From: Podarcis tiliguerta
Taxonomy: Eukaryota
Strand: one strand, 5' to 3'
DNA length: 64,000 bases
Assembly: GCA_965153285.1 (NCBI GenBank)
Contig: OZ229118.1
The position numbers and the translations under genes were made by a program. Positions 62,854 through 64,000 of the stretch are shown one piece after another. Below the pieces are notes generated by a model. The model was not told the origin of the DNA and did not search any database. It worked only from the letters and a program-made list of their open reading frames with translations. Within the stretch, counting starts at the first letter, position 1, and every line of letters begins with the position of its first letter.

Positions 62854-63899
62854 TGACAAAATGAAATGGACCTAATATGAATATTTTAAAAATGTAAAGC
62901 CATGGGGTGGGGTGGGGGCTAAGCAACATCAGAACCACATGAGGTAGAAGGGGAAGTCTAATGCTTCCCTGCCACCTTCTGTGATTCTGATGAAAATCAC
63001 CCCAGTTGCTTTTGGATCAGAGGGAAGCCTACATTGGTGCGAACAGGGACTTCAGTCTGATGAAAATGAAAAGGGGAGGTTAGTGGGAGTGGGACGGAAG
63101 GGTTGAACTATCCTCTCCACCTGTGACCTCATACTATTCCCTCAAAACCCCAGATTTTTTCTTACAAAAAACCACACACTTTAATTGCATTCACAGAATT
63201 AACTTCATATCTTGGCCTAGTAAAAGTAACTGCCTCATTTTAGCTCTGCACATGGAATTTTCACTTTGCACTGTGAAAGGGACTTGTCAATGACACTTTG
63301 CTGATTTTGATAGCAGAAGGTAAATAAATTAAACACCCAGTCACAGTATTGTCACCTGATCTCGAAATGAATAAATAAAAGACACCTTTCCCATCTTAAA
63401 TGCCGAAGGACAATCTCCTTCTTCCCTTTCCCAAAACACTTTTTTTTTAAAGGACTCACATCAACACAATTATTCTCCTGCATGCCTCAGATAGTTGTTC
63501 TTAAGTAATTTGTGGGAGAATTGAGCAAAGGGATGGGAGGAATTCCGGTACATTTTACAAGGTGATACAGAGAAGCCTAAAAATGTCTGTGCAAGAGGCT
63601 TGTCCCCACATTACATACAGGGTTCTTAATAGTTTTATAACTGTGGAGCATTACATGCTATAAAATGGAATTATGGCTTGAGAAATTGATAGGACTTGTG
63701 TGTCAGGACAAACTCACTGAGTAACCTGTTTTGTTTCCAGCCAATTTCAACCTCACCAGAAAACAATCTTTGCTCAGCTAAACCCTCCAAGAGTACTGAT
63801 TACTTTATTTTGTTCTTCCTGGTTTTTGACAGGCAGAGCACAGTTTCAAATTTCAGATTACTCTAGTAGAAAGTGTGGGTTATATACAGTCTCCTTTTC

Positions 63900-64000
63900 A
63901 AGGATTGGCTAAAGTTCTTCAATCCAAGCGCTTGCAGTGCCATATATGGGCTCGCTCTTGCGCAAAATGTGAATCAGCCCTCGTTTTCTGTTTCGCTGCT
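63900..64000 (+). promoter_or_regulatory. Promoter/enhancer-like motif cluster (inverted CCAAT, CArG box, C/EBP palindrome, AP-1-like site)
   Basis: ATTGG 63904-63908; CCATATATGG 63940-63949; TTGCGCAA 63958-63965; TGAATCA 63970-63976; CpG density rises toward the window end. Confidence 0.5.

Noticed and set aside
62980-63075. Hammerhead ribozyme suggested by two CTGATGAAAAT motifs
   Set aside because: I could not build stems I-III with a correctly placed GAAA and cleavage triplet.
5800-64000. TRIM2 RING/B-box coding exons or other protein-coding genes
   Set aside because: No ORF in the track or my reading resembles TRIM2 (CSICLERY...) or any other known protein; the remaining short ORFs are repeat-derived or random.

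Overview
Eukaryotic (non-prokaryotic) genomic DNA from a squamate reptile, most likely a lacertid lizard (Podarcis/Lacerta/Zootoca-like, judged from the Sauria-SINE subfamilies present). The only well-supported protein-coding sequence is the large terminal exon of the formin gene FHDC1 (INF1) on the + strand: acceptor at 1471-1473, CDS 1474-3501, 3' UTR to about 5790. The remaining ~58 kb is intergenic DNA or 5'-intronic DNA of the next gene. In amniote synteny that gene is TRIM2, but its RING exon is not in the window. A candidate small ATG-containing exon lies at 22506/22531-22612, and a dense promoter-like motif cluster (CCAAT, CArG, C/EBP, AP-1-like) lies at the very end. The region is rich in mobile elements: five Sauria SINEs, tRNA-Lys-, tRNA-Ile- and tRNA-Ala-derived SINEs, CR1, L2, L1, BovB and Penelope fragments, and hAT, Tc1/mariner and Harbinger-like MITEs, with many nested insertions. 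The most interesting object is a ~1.05 kb ORF-less retroelement (25818-26867) flanked by an 8-bp target-site duplication (TSD). Its first nucleotide coincides with the predicted cleavage site of an HDV-like ribozyme fold. Also unusual is a 138-bp internal L1 fragment (ORF2 start) inserted with a 15-bp TSD and no poly(A) tail. Repeat family names come from recalled consensus sequences, not database searches, and boundaries of old repeats are approximate.
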